Notes: generated from the sequence alone by a model not told the origin. A DNA stretch of 64,000 nucleotides from Octopus vulgaris (GCA_951406725.2 OX597814.1:175212001-175276000), one strand, 5' to 3'. Numbered from the stretch's first letter, positions 52,367-62,656 are shown. Numbers and translations are program-made.

Positions 52367-53195
52367 GAACCCACTTTATCGAGTGCGGAGATTCCGAATC
52401 TGCATTTCAAAATTTAAATCACCACCACCACCAACAACAATTTCTTCAATTTTCACATCAATGAAAATTTTTTTTCTGGCGAAATACGTATAAAAATACG
52501 AAGATTATGATTCTGAAAAAAAATTTTTGTAAAATTTCAATTTTTCAAAAAAATAAATAAATACCCACCCCTCCACCCTTTGACAAGAAGTGGAATTAAA
52601 AGTGTTATCTCAAATGTTTCATGACGAACATAATAACCCAACATGTTGTTAGGGTCTTTTGGAATTAAGAGAAGTATGTAAAAATTAGATTTTTTGTTCA
52701 CATAAACACAACAAAATGACATTAAATTTTTTTTTTCTCTTTTGGTATTTAGAAAGTTGATCCTTGGTTTGGCTGTTGTTTCTAGCTTGTCTTTTTCTTT
52801 GGTAATTCGTATTAAAATTTTGAAAACGTGTTTCTAGCATTTCAGCTTTTCTGTTTAGACACTTTTTTGCGTCTGCTAGATAACACTTTAATTTCATTTC
52901 TTGTCATAGGGCGGAGGCGAGGGGCATTTATTTATTTATTTATTTTTGAGAAATTGAATTTTACATAATTTTTTTTTCAGAATCATAATCTTCGTATATT
53001 TCTACGTATTTTACCAAAATTTTTTTTTAAAGTTAAAATTTAAGAAATTCGGGAGGGGGGAATTAAAATTTTGAAATGCAGATTTTTTTTTGCAGATTCG
53101 GAATATCTGCACTCGATATAGTGGGTTCCTCTAAAAAAAAAAAAACAAGAAAAACCACCCCAAAGGGGATGCAGTCCATTATCTTTACCTCCGCC
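52295..53195. mobile_element. MULE/Merlin-like long-TIR element inserted into a SINE
   Basis: ggcggaggtaaag/ctttacctccgcc termini, arms about 280 bp, 9-bp TSD gtccattac/gtcgattac (1 mismatch). Confidence 0.7.
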
Positions 53196-53524
53196 GTCGA
53201 TTACATCAACTCCAGTGCTCAACTGGTAATTTATTTTATCGACACCGATAGAGCTCTAATCGACTCTGCGAACACTTGGATCCATAACAGAGTGGATAAA
53301 GCAAAGATATATATATAGAAATATATAAGCAGTCATGAAAGATTACATCGGTATAGAAATCAACAGAAATGTTACCAGGGAAAATACCAAAATATAACTG
53401 AAAATTTGGCGATCTTTAGTAGTATCACCAAAAATGTTCAGACAAGTTCATAATAAATTACAAACTTACTGTACACAAGACACTACTGTGTGTATATATA
53501 TATATGTATGTATATATTGTATAC

Positions 53525-53586
<62 letters not shown>

Positions 53587-54891
53587 TGTATACGTGTGTG
53601 TGTGTGTCTGTCTATCTAATTTAATGTCAAAATTACATAACGTTTATTCCAGCTGCAAAACTATAAAGAGGGTATCTATCGTGGCAAGTGCGCGCACCGG
53701 GATCGCTTTTCTTAAGTAGTACCTTATATATTTAGAGTGTATATGTTTTCTCTCCCCCATTAGTCACTTTAACACAGTCTATTGATATTAATCAAATGAC
53801 ATCGTGTAAATGTCTTTAAAACAATGCTGGCTTCGTCTGAGGATTAAGTGATATAACAAACTTCAGTTGCTCAGTAAAGAGAACACTGTAACATGCTCTC
53901 CCATGTTAATTATTTAGCAAAATAAAAGATCCAGCAGCTTCGTAGTGAACAAGACTCGTTAAAAATTATACTCACTGATAAATATATAAATATATATCTA
54001 TAACACTATTTGAAGGTTTTAAACAATATCTGCCGTATGTGTATACAAAACGTAAACACCATTTTTTTTCCATGCATACAAACATACACACGTACATATT
54101 ATGTATGTACAGTTTTATTTCCCGTTGCATCAAGAGATAAAACCACTATGAATATTTGCTGTCAAATGTGTGGAATGCCTTTTCCGATTAGCAGTGCATT
54201 ATAAATAAAAATATCTTTATATATATATAAGTAAAATTCCGCTAGTATTAAAACCGAGACAAAGGGGGGGAAATTAAACACGTGGAGGCACAATATCTAT
54301 CAAATGGAAAAAAGCACAGTTTTCTTCCTTTTAAAATATTTTTATGTTGTTCAGTCAGACTTAGGGTAAAAAGTGCAAAAGCGTTCCAGCCGTGACAATT
54401 TCGTCTTTTTTTTTCAGGCCTTGGATATTTTAGATTACATTTTTTAATGGGCATCTCCTTTTTTCAAGATGGTAGGGTGTAATTTAAAGGATATTTGGCT
54501 GTAGTTTCTAACCTTTTAGACATAGAAGTTCCATCGTTGGTTCGATAATTTCTGTAAAGCTAAACAGAAGCAGTCGCCCATTTATTCAGACACATAATAA
54601 ATAGAGATTATATAAAGTATCCCTTCCTTTACCTAAAAAGTTTTTCCAGGCAAAATAAATTATTAATATTGTTGAAAAACATTAATTCCACCTTAAGGAT
54701 TTTTGATTCATAGAACGTAATGTTGCTAAATAGAATCTCACAAATAAATAATAATTTAATATTTATATATATAATTTGATTACATATTACTTTAATTACG
54801 AAATTTCTATAGCTTCAATAACAATAACATTTCGTAAGTAATACACAAAACAGCAACAGTAGTCCGATATAAAAAGAAAAGACAATCATAC

Positions 54892-54976
54892 CTGCATTTT
54901 GTGCTTTGTAGCAAGATATACAGCAGAGATATAGTAGAGAAATGACAAAGTTCAGGGATATAAGAATATTAGACAT
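54892..54976 (-). CDS. MEGF9-like membrane protein, exon 1 (signal peptide)
   Basis: ATG in accgcaaccATG context (A at -3); MSNILISLNFVISLLYLCCISCYKAQNA hydrophobic leader; donor CAG|gtatga, phase 1, compatible with exon 2. Confidence 0.75.
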
Positions 54977-56666
54977 GGTTGCGGTAGTAGTTTCCACCAA
55001 CTTGCAGAATGAAATGGATCGACGATCCTGACGGCTGGTTCAAGTTTGGTTAGCAGGTGATAGTGATTTGCCCTTGATTTAGTAAGACAGTGAAAAAGAC
55101 GACTGGGATACATGTGATGCACTTTATGTCTTAATGTTCTGTTTGCAATTTCATTTCGCTCACTGTTCTCGTTGTTCAGAGAGATTTGTGTAGAAAATAA
55201 TGGTTTTATTGTGTAACCCCTCACCGCAATTTGAACATGATGTATCTCTTAAAGCTACCACTGCTTGATAATTTGCATTCTTGATTGAATTTGTTAATGA
55301 AAGAAGAGACAATATATTTTATTTATACGTTTCCTTGGGTATCATTCACAGACAATTTCAAACCAATAATTTTTTTTGTTACATAAGCGTAATACCTCAG
55401 ATTTATTGCAAGGTGCGCTATGAAGACGCAACATTTGCATATTTCCCATGGCTAATGATTGAAACTGATTCTCAGCGTTAGCTCGTCGGACATAATCCCC
55501 AACACCCAACTAAATAACCTACAACCTCACACATTGTTTACGAAGGTTATATAAGGATCAAGGCAGCAGTATGCGGTTATTGTATTTTATTTGGATAATT
55601 TAGCATTTTTTTTTCTTTTGCTTTAGCGTGTTGAACTTTCTCTTTCAGAAGTTGCGACGTCACTGGTGTTAAGCCGTATCAGCTTTTGCCTTTCCCTTAC
55701 ACAAAATTGGTGGCGTGGAATGGGCAGAGCGGTATGCATGGGCGACTGCTGCTTTTCTACTAACAATTTGCTGGGACTCGTGCCTCAGAGGGAAACTTTA
55801 TAGGTGTAATTTCATGGTCATTCGTGACCGAAGTGGGTCTTTACTTACACACACACACACATATATATATATTTTTTTCATTACCCACAAGGAGCTAAAC
55901 ATAGAGGGGACGAACAAGGACAGACAAAGGGATTAAGTCGATTACATCAACCCCAGTGCGTAATTCGTATTTAATTTATCGACCCCGAAAGGATGAAAGG
56001 CAAAGTCGACCTCGGCGGAATTTGAACGGCAGACGAAATACGGCTACGCATTTCGCCCGGCGTGCTAACGTTTCTGCCAGCTCGCCGCCTTTGACATATA
56101 TATATATATATACGTATGTATGTATAATTGATAGATAATTGCTTCATCTTGAGGGATAATAGCCGTCCCATCAACACACACACCACAGTACAATCACTCC
56201 TTTGATGGGCCCTTAGATAACTTTTAAGACGAGCTGCTGACTGACACTTGAATAATATCTGTCACTTGAGTTTAAAACACAAGTGACATATTATTCAAGT
56301 TTCTTCTATAACTTTGCTCGCTGGGCAAAGTTATAGAAGTTATATATATCGTTTGTAGAAAAACAAACCCGGATAAGAAGCACACTCTAAGATGTATTGC
56401 CTTTAATATATTATAACCGGCCTCCTCCAATTTAATATATATATATATTCTTTTATTATAATCTTTTACTTGTTTCAGTCATTTGGTTGCGACAGTTTTA
56501 AAAAACCGTTAGTTTCACTTCACAATTTTCATTTGTGTCAAAATATTTTCGTCGCTTTGAAACCACAACCGTAAAGGTACTTTAGAGGTCCTGGGCTCAC
56601 TAAAAAAATAATGTCACCAGTAATTGAACAAAGATTCAGTGGAGATTACCAATCGTATCTCAATTG

Positions 56667-57517
56667 GGTTAATATCTAGATCCGCACCCGGTGGGAAAAA
56701 TGAGATCCGCACCCGGTGGGAAAAATGGAAACGAAAATGTGTAACAGTTGTAAGGCATCGTATATTGACGGAATAAGACGGGAAAAAAGCGCGCTGACAA
56801 ACGGGGGGTGGGGTGGGGGCTCGGGAAATTCCCAGGATCAACCGTAGAGGCAAAAATGGAAAAAAATATGTGTAACAGGTGTAAGGCATCGTATATTGAA
56901 GGAATATGACGAAAAAAAAGCGCGCTGACAAACGGGGGGGGAGGGGGCTCGGAAAATTGCCTACGATTTAAAGAAAAATTTACCATCAATTTTCACCATT
57001 GTGTTTCTGATTCGCGACCCCATGTCGAATTTATCGATTTTTTTCAGAACTGGGGGAACTTTTCAAAATTTTCGCTGCGTTAGTTTTGAATTATGACATT
57101 GGGCTATGTGTGTGAAATGCGTTTAAAATGGTGAAAATTGATGGTAAATTTTTCTTTAAATCGTAGGCAATTTTCCGAGCCCCCCCCCCCCCCGTTTGTC
57201 AGCGCGCTTTTTTTTCGTCATATTCCTTCAATATACGATGCCTTACACCTGTTACACATATTTTTTTCCATTTTTGCCACCTGGGCGTGGATCCTCTACG
57301 GTTGATCCTGGGAATTTCCCGAGCCCCCCACCCACCCCCCGTTTGTCAGCGCGCTTTTTTCCCGTCTTGTTCCGTCAATATACGATGCCTTACAACTGTT
57401 ACACATTTTCGTTTCCATTTTTCCCACCGGGTGCGGATCTCATTTTTCCCACCGGGTGCGGATCTAGATATTAACCACAATTGGTTTTCCCACCGGGTGC
57501 GGATCTAGATATTAACC
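56667..57517. mobile_element. Young palindromic long-TIR element (MULE/Merlin-like), 8-bp TSD
   Basis: ggttaatatctagatccgcacccggtggg termini; arms about 330 bp, nearly identical; TSD ctcaattg at 56659-56666 and 57518-57525. Confidence 0.8.
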
Positions 57518-57786
57518 CTCAATTGTAATGAGTAAATAAATAAACAAATGGGTTTTCTTTAATCAAATGGCAGTCAGTAAAACTATTGTTTGCAGAATTA
57601 GTCATGCGCTTCGGTGAGCAGTGTGACCTGAGGAAATAAGAGAGTTGCACGACGAAAGTTTGTTGACTCAAGAAATAAACATTTAAGTTTCTTCCCATTC
57701 ATTTTGTTTCATATATCCTTTTTTTTAAAAATAAACTTTAAAAAACATTAAACTTCAAGATTTTCTTATATATATATATATATATA

Positions 57787-58215
57787 TATTGGCAGAGCAA
57801 GACTGCTAGGTAGTCGGCCGTATGCTAGAAATAGATCATTAACGATCAAACTACAAAGAAAGTTCTCTTTTACACTGAACGATTGTACTGATGAGGCCAC
57901 GGACATTTGAATTATGTTAGTAATTCTTTTGTTAAAGGCCGAAACCGAGGTATGCTTTAATTCTGTTTTTTATATAAATTTTCATCTGTCCTGCCCGCCA
58001 AATTTGGTTCTGGTGTTCACTGAATTTTTCCTCTAGAGAACTTTCTTTGTAGTTTGATCGTTGATGATCTATTTCTAGCATACGGCCGACTACCTAGCAG
58101 TCTTGCCCTGCCAATAAACACATATATTAGAATTTTCTCTGATTTCTCAGATTTTTTGTATGCTAGACTACTGGTTTTAAATTGATATTGAAATTAATAT
58201 TAATTTATCTCCCTC

Positions 58216-58219
<4 letters not shown>
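57787..58219 (+). mobile_element. Penelope-associated-type non-coding element: 82-bp inverted repeats enclosing a hammerhead, inserted in (TA)n
   Basis: 57787-57868 is the reverse complement of 58035-58116 with 2 mismatches. Confidence 0.65.
57885..57955 (+). ncRNA. Type I hammerhead ribozyme inside an inverted-repeat element
   Basis: gta-CTGATGA-ggcc..ggcc-GAAA-ccgagg-TA-tgc; stem I only 3 bp with one G:U; GUA cleavage after 57952. Confidence 0.7.
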
Positions 58220-58259
<40 letters not shown>

Positions 58260-58439
58260 ATTTTATCGCATTTTGAATTTGTTTACATATTTCTCGATAA
58301 ATTTTGAGCGTTAGACTATATACCAGAAATCCCTAGTTTGTCGGGTTCGTTCTGCGTCTGTGCAGTGATCTGATTAGTTAGAAAGAGCAAATTAGTAGAC
58401 GCACATGTGTCTATCGAGTTGCGCTTCATAATAACAGGA

Positions 58440-58514
58440 ATCTTACTGAAGAGCCTACCTGAGTAAATAAATATTATTTTTATTGCTGAAAAAGGTGAAA
58501 CTGCAGTCTAAGAT
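58440..58514 (+). ncRNA. Type I hammerhead ribozyme, retrozyme unit 1
   Basis: atctta-CTGAAGA-gcct..aggt-GAAA-ctgcag-TC-taagat: 6-bp stem I, 4-bp stem II base, palindromic stem III, GUC cleavage after 58508. Confidence 0.88.
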
Positions 58515-58838
58515 GAACAGAGTTAGTAAAAGTTTTTATTTTCACTTCACTAAATTTATCAAGCTTCTGTGTTTCTAGTACATACTTCGCCTTTAATGTA
58601 CTTATATATGAATAATATATGGCCTGTGCTAGAAACACCAGCGATAACAATTAATTTGATTTTATCGCATTTTGAATTTGTTTACATATTTCTCGATAAA
58701 TTTTGAGCGTTAGACTATATACCAGAAATCCCTAGTTTGTCGGGTTCGTTCTGCGTCTGCGCAGTGATCTGATTAGTTAGAAAGAGCAAATTAGTAGACG
58801 CACATGTGTCTATCGAGTTGCGCTTCATAATAACAGGA

Positions 58839-58913
58839 ATCTTACTGAAGAGCCTACCTGAGTAAATAAATATTATTTTTATTGCTGAAAAAGGTGAAAC
58901 TGCAGTCTAAGAT
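58839..58913 (+). ncRNA. Type I hammerhead ribozyme, retrozyme unit 2
   Basis: Identical motif offset by 399 nt; GUC cleavage after 58907. Confidence 0.88.
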
Positions 58914-59077
58914 GAACAGAGTTAGTAAAAGTTTTTATTTTCACTTCACTAAATTTATCAAGCTTCTGTGTTTCTAGTACATACTTCGCCTTTAATGTAC
59001 TTATATATGAATAATATATGACCTGTGCTAGAAACACCAGCAATAACAATTAATTTGGTTTTATCGCAGTTTGAATT

Positions 59078-59110
<33 letters not shown>

Positions 59111-59320
59111 GTTTAAAATACATTCGCCATGATAGATCGCTAGCCACCACACATTCTTTATTTTCTCTCCTTGTTTCTTTGTGTGTTCCTTTCTGTGGAA
59201 GAGCGTCGGCTCGAAACGTTAAAGACTTTTTCACTTCTCGGGCGTTAAACTAATATTATCTGTTAGTTGTCTACACCACCTGTCTTTGTCTTTTGTCTTT
59301 TTTTTTTGTGAATTCTCCCT
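59111..59320 (+). mobile_element. Short dispersed repeat with minimal HHR-like motif, inserted in (TA)n
   Basis: Homologous diverged copy on minus strand at about 38835-39010, also next to (TA)n. Confidence 0.6.
59189..59224 (+). ncRNA. Minimal hammerhead-like motif with atypical core CUGUGGA-A
   Basis: cttt-CTGTGGA-a-gagc-gtcg-gctc-GAAA-cg-TT-aaag; stems I and II pair fully; decayed second copy on minus strand at 38923-38958. Confidence 0.55.
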
Positions 59321-59327
59321 ATATATA

Positions 59328-59673
59328 TTTATGTATCAAATGAAATCAAAAGCAGAACACAGAGGATGTCGCGGTACACGTGTTTCAAGCTTTATAAACG
59401 ACCTATTCTTACATCAGTGTATAATAGACATAAAGGATGGTTTAAAGCTCTCTTCAGCCGCATGCAATTGTTATTCCAAAGAGTTACATCACACTATGAA
59501 AAATCCGAAAGATATATTTAGTATTATCCATTATGATAGGTATATTATGTCTCCCTGAGAAAGTGTATTTGTAAAATTTCATAACCAAATAGGCGTGTAG
59601 GGTATCATTGGATTTCGAAAATCTGTCCACCAGTCAACATAGAGTGAATGTTAAATATTGAACTTCAAGATTT

Positions 59674-59677
<4 letters not shown>
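59328..59677 (-). mobile_element. About 350-bp HHR-bearing monomer (retrozyme- or Penelope pLTR-like) between TA runs
   Basis: Contains the minus-strand hammerhead; bounded by TA repeats. Confidence 0.55.
59371..59461 (-). ncRNA. Type I hammerhead ribozyme, minus strand
   Basis: Minus strand gcgg-CTGAAGA-gagcttta..taaagctt-GAAA-cacgtg-TA-ccgc; 4-bp GC stem I, 8-bp stem II, palindromic stem III; cleavage between 59375 and 59374. Confidence 0.82.
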
Positions 59678-59734
<57 letters not shown>

Positions 59735-60179
59735 CAGCCATGTCAGAAAGACAGTAGTCTTCCTTCAAGTGTGGACGGCTTTCCTGTCTCTCTCTCTCGC
59801 CGTCCTCAAAAGCGTTCATAATATTTTTTCTTTCGTTTTGGTTTAACAACTCTCAATGTCTGTGTTACTGTTATTCTCCTTGTCCTGTCTTTTACTGTTT
59901 ATATTTTGTACTGTCTTTACTGTCCTGTTTTTGTTACCATTTTTACCCCTCCACAAAAAAATCTTTTGTGGGAAGGATTGTTTCAACGGAGTCGTGTCTC
60001 GCCTTTACCTTCGTAACGCGGAGTAAATGAAACAGAGGCGGCTGAAGAAGGGGAATTTTCCTTGTGTTGTATGTCTTGTACTCTATTTTTTCGTTGTTTA
60101 AGAAAAATGTCCATTTCCTTGGTTTTGTGTTTATGTTTTCGTTTCTCATTGTGTTCGACGTTTTTTTGGTGTCCTGTAC

Positions 60180-60316
60180 CCATATATGCATGTATATATA
60201 CATATAGATGTAGGTACGTACATATATGTGTGTATATATGCATATGTTTTATTTATTAATTTGTTATTATATGACCGAACGCACACATCCATTTCTAAGT
60301 AAGTTTTATCTATATG

Positions 60317-60347
<31 letters not shown>

Positions 60348-60396
60348 ATACATATATATATATATATGTATATATATATGTATACATATATATATG

Positions 60397-60469
<73 letters not shown>

Positions 60470-60630
60470 GTATGTGGGTATGTGTGTGCGTGTGTGCACA
60501 TATACATATGTGTATTAAGATTTACATGTGTGTGTGTACGGATACCTATATCTGTACATATCATTTGTTGTATGAAACATGTTTATATATATGCCCATGG
60601 GTAAGTATGTAGACACACACACATACACAT
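60180..60630. repeat. Compound (TA)n/(TG)n microsatellite tract
   Basis: Read directly; source of the spurious YI/HT/VC ORFs; similar tract at 45390-45680. Confidence 0.9.
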
Positions 60631-60968
60631 CTTAAAGCATGTAGTGGCAGATTGCTGTAAAAACTGACCACTCACTACAACAATATCAAATTTCATTTCC
60701 CCTCTCCCCCGGAAATAAGAAGTAATTTATGACACCACCACATCAAAACCAAAATCTTAACCTCAAACCTTTTAACATCTTATCTCTTTATCTCTTTATC
60801 TTAATTCTTTTGTTTTTACGATTACTTTGTATCTTTTTATATTTCCTTATTTTTCTTTATATCTTTATTCTTTACATTTTTATAATTTACGTTTTTTTTA
60901 TACTTTACGTTTTTATATTTTCGTGTTACTCCAGTTTTTTTAATATTTATTATATTCATATATATATA

Positions 60969-61366
60969 CTAGCAGTATCGCCCGGCGTTGCTCGGATTTG
61001 TAAGGGAAATAACTGTATAAGCATTTTTAGAGATGTAAAGTATAATAGCCATCTCAATATGGCTAACCACAAAGGGGGGGGTGTTACTGTAGCTTTTTAC
61101 GTTCCGAGATTTAATAATAGATTTTTAGAGAGTTACTTCCCTTATATATGCCAAAAATGCATTAAAAATGGGAAAAATTGATGGTAAATGTTTTTTAAAA
61201 TCGTAAACTCATCATAGACGCGCGCTAATACCCAGAAGGGCTCGATATGAATCACGACTATAAGATACCCGGTTTTGGTTAAACTGCACCACAAAATGTG
61301 AGAGTAGTTAGGAATCTAAATCGTAGGAGACAGACCGGCACACAACCTCACTTTTATATATAAAGA
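60969..61366 (-). mobile_element. Non-autonomous Helitron-like element
   Basis: Minus strand a|TCtttatatataaaag...ccgagcaacgccgggcgatactgCTAG|t. Confidence 0.7.
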
Positions 61367-62376
61367 TATATCTAACTTAGATCCAAGGCTCCTATTTATG
61401 TATGTATGTATGTATGTATGTATGTATGCATGCATGCATGTATGTTTATTCATATATCTTTTATTTATCTCAGTCTTTGAACTGTGGCCATGCTGGGGCA
61501 CTACCTTGAAGGGTTTAGCCAAATGAATCATCCCCAGTGCCTACTATTTTTACTAAGACTAATACTTTTGCTATCAGTCTCTTTTTGCTGAACTGCTAAG
61601 GTGTGGGGATGTAAATAAACCAACACTGGTTGTTGAGCATTTATGGGGGAACAAACACAAACACATAGACATACACACATTGGAACACAAACACAAGCAC
61701 AGACATTTGTATATTGGTACTCAAACACACACAAACACATAGACATACACCTATTGGTATGCACACACACACACAAGCACATATTTATTTACTTGTTTCT
61801 GGCATTAGGTTGTGGCCATGCTGGGGCACAGCCTTAAAAGATTTAGTTGAGCAAATTGACCCTAGAACTTTTGCCACAGTGCTAAGTTATGGGAACATAA
61901 ACAAACCAATACCAGTTGTCAAGCAGTCATTAGGGACAAACATAAATACAAAGACACTACTGCTTGACAGCCGGTGGTGGTTTATTTACATCTATGTAAC
62001 TTAATGGTTTGGCAAAAGAGACACATATGATGGTCTTTTTTCAATTTCAATCCACCATATCCACTCACAAGGCTTTGGTCAACCCAAGACTATAGTGGAA
62101 GACACTTGCCCAAAGTGTTGTACTGTGGGACTTAAACTCAAGGCTGCATGGTTGGGCCTTTTCTTTTCTTTGTCTTGCAAGTTACTTCATGTCATGAAAA
62201 GAACACCCACTGCACACTGAAAAGTGGTTAGCATTAGGAAAAGCATTCAGCTGTAGAAACCATGCCAAAAACAACATTGGGGCCTGATGCAGCTCTGTGG
62301 CTTGTCAAATCCTGTCAAACTGTCCAATCCATGCTAGCATAAAAAACAGCAGTTAAATGATGACACACACACACAT

Positions 62377-62656
62377 CGGTGTCAGCTGTGGGGTCACTCC
62401 GAAAAGCTCTATCTGCAACGATTTCATCTCAATCGAAGGAGAGGGGCTTTCTCCGTCCGGGTTGCGGATCCGTGGAATAAGCTGCCGAACGAGATAGTGA
62501 AGATGCCAACGACCGCTCAGTTCAAAGTCTCTCTTGCCCAGAAATGGCCTGAACTCTTTGCATGAACACCCTCCTTGTACATAACTCCATGTCCCCTTAC
62601 ATGGCCTTGCTTTTTGCTTTTTTGAGCCAAAAAATTAACTTAACTATTAACTTAAC
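62377..62656 (+). mobile_element. CR1/L2-clade LINE 3' end with (TTAAC)n tail
   Basis: GHSEKLYLQRFHLNRRRGAFSVRVADPWNKLPNEIV...FKVSL. Confidence 0.7.

Larger units (their letters stand above)
58259..59080 (+). mobile_element. 399-bp tandem repeat (about 2.06 units) carrying one type I hammerhead per unit: non-LTR retrozyme-like element
   Basis: Units start at 58259, 58658, 59057; only ~3 differences between the full units; flanked on both sides by (TA)n; no credible ORF. Confidence 0.85.

Noticed and set aside
58259-59080. CRISPR-like array or coding repeat
   Set aside because: No unique spacers, eukaryotic context, and no credible ORF despite a unit length divisible by 3
59740-59810. Minus-strand TTGAAGG-aagac/gtctt and TTGAGGA...GAAAgccgTC as hammerheads
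   Set aside because: Core or stems incomplete; at best decayed
60038-60115. ggCTGAAGAagggg...GAAA as a hammerhead
   Set aside because: No stem II closing onto GAAA and no stem I complement
60729-61181. 150-aa hydrophobic ORF resembling a membrane protein
   Set aside because: T-rich low complexity running into a Helitron-like element; no splice or family support
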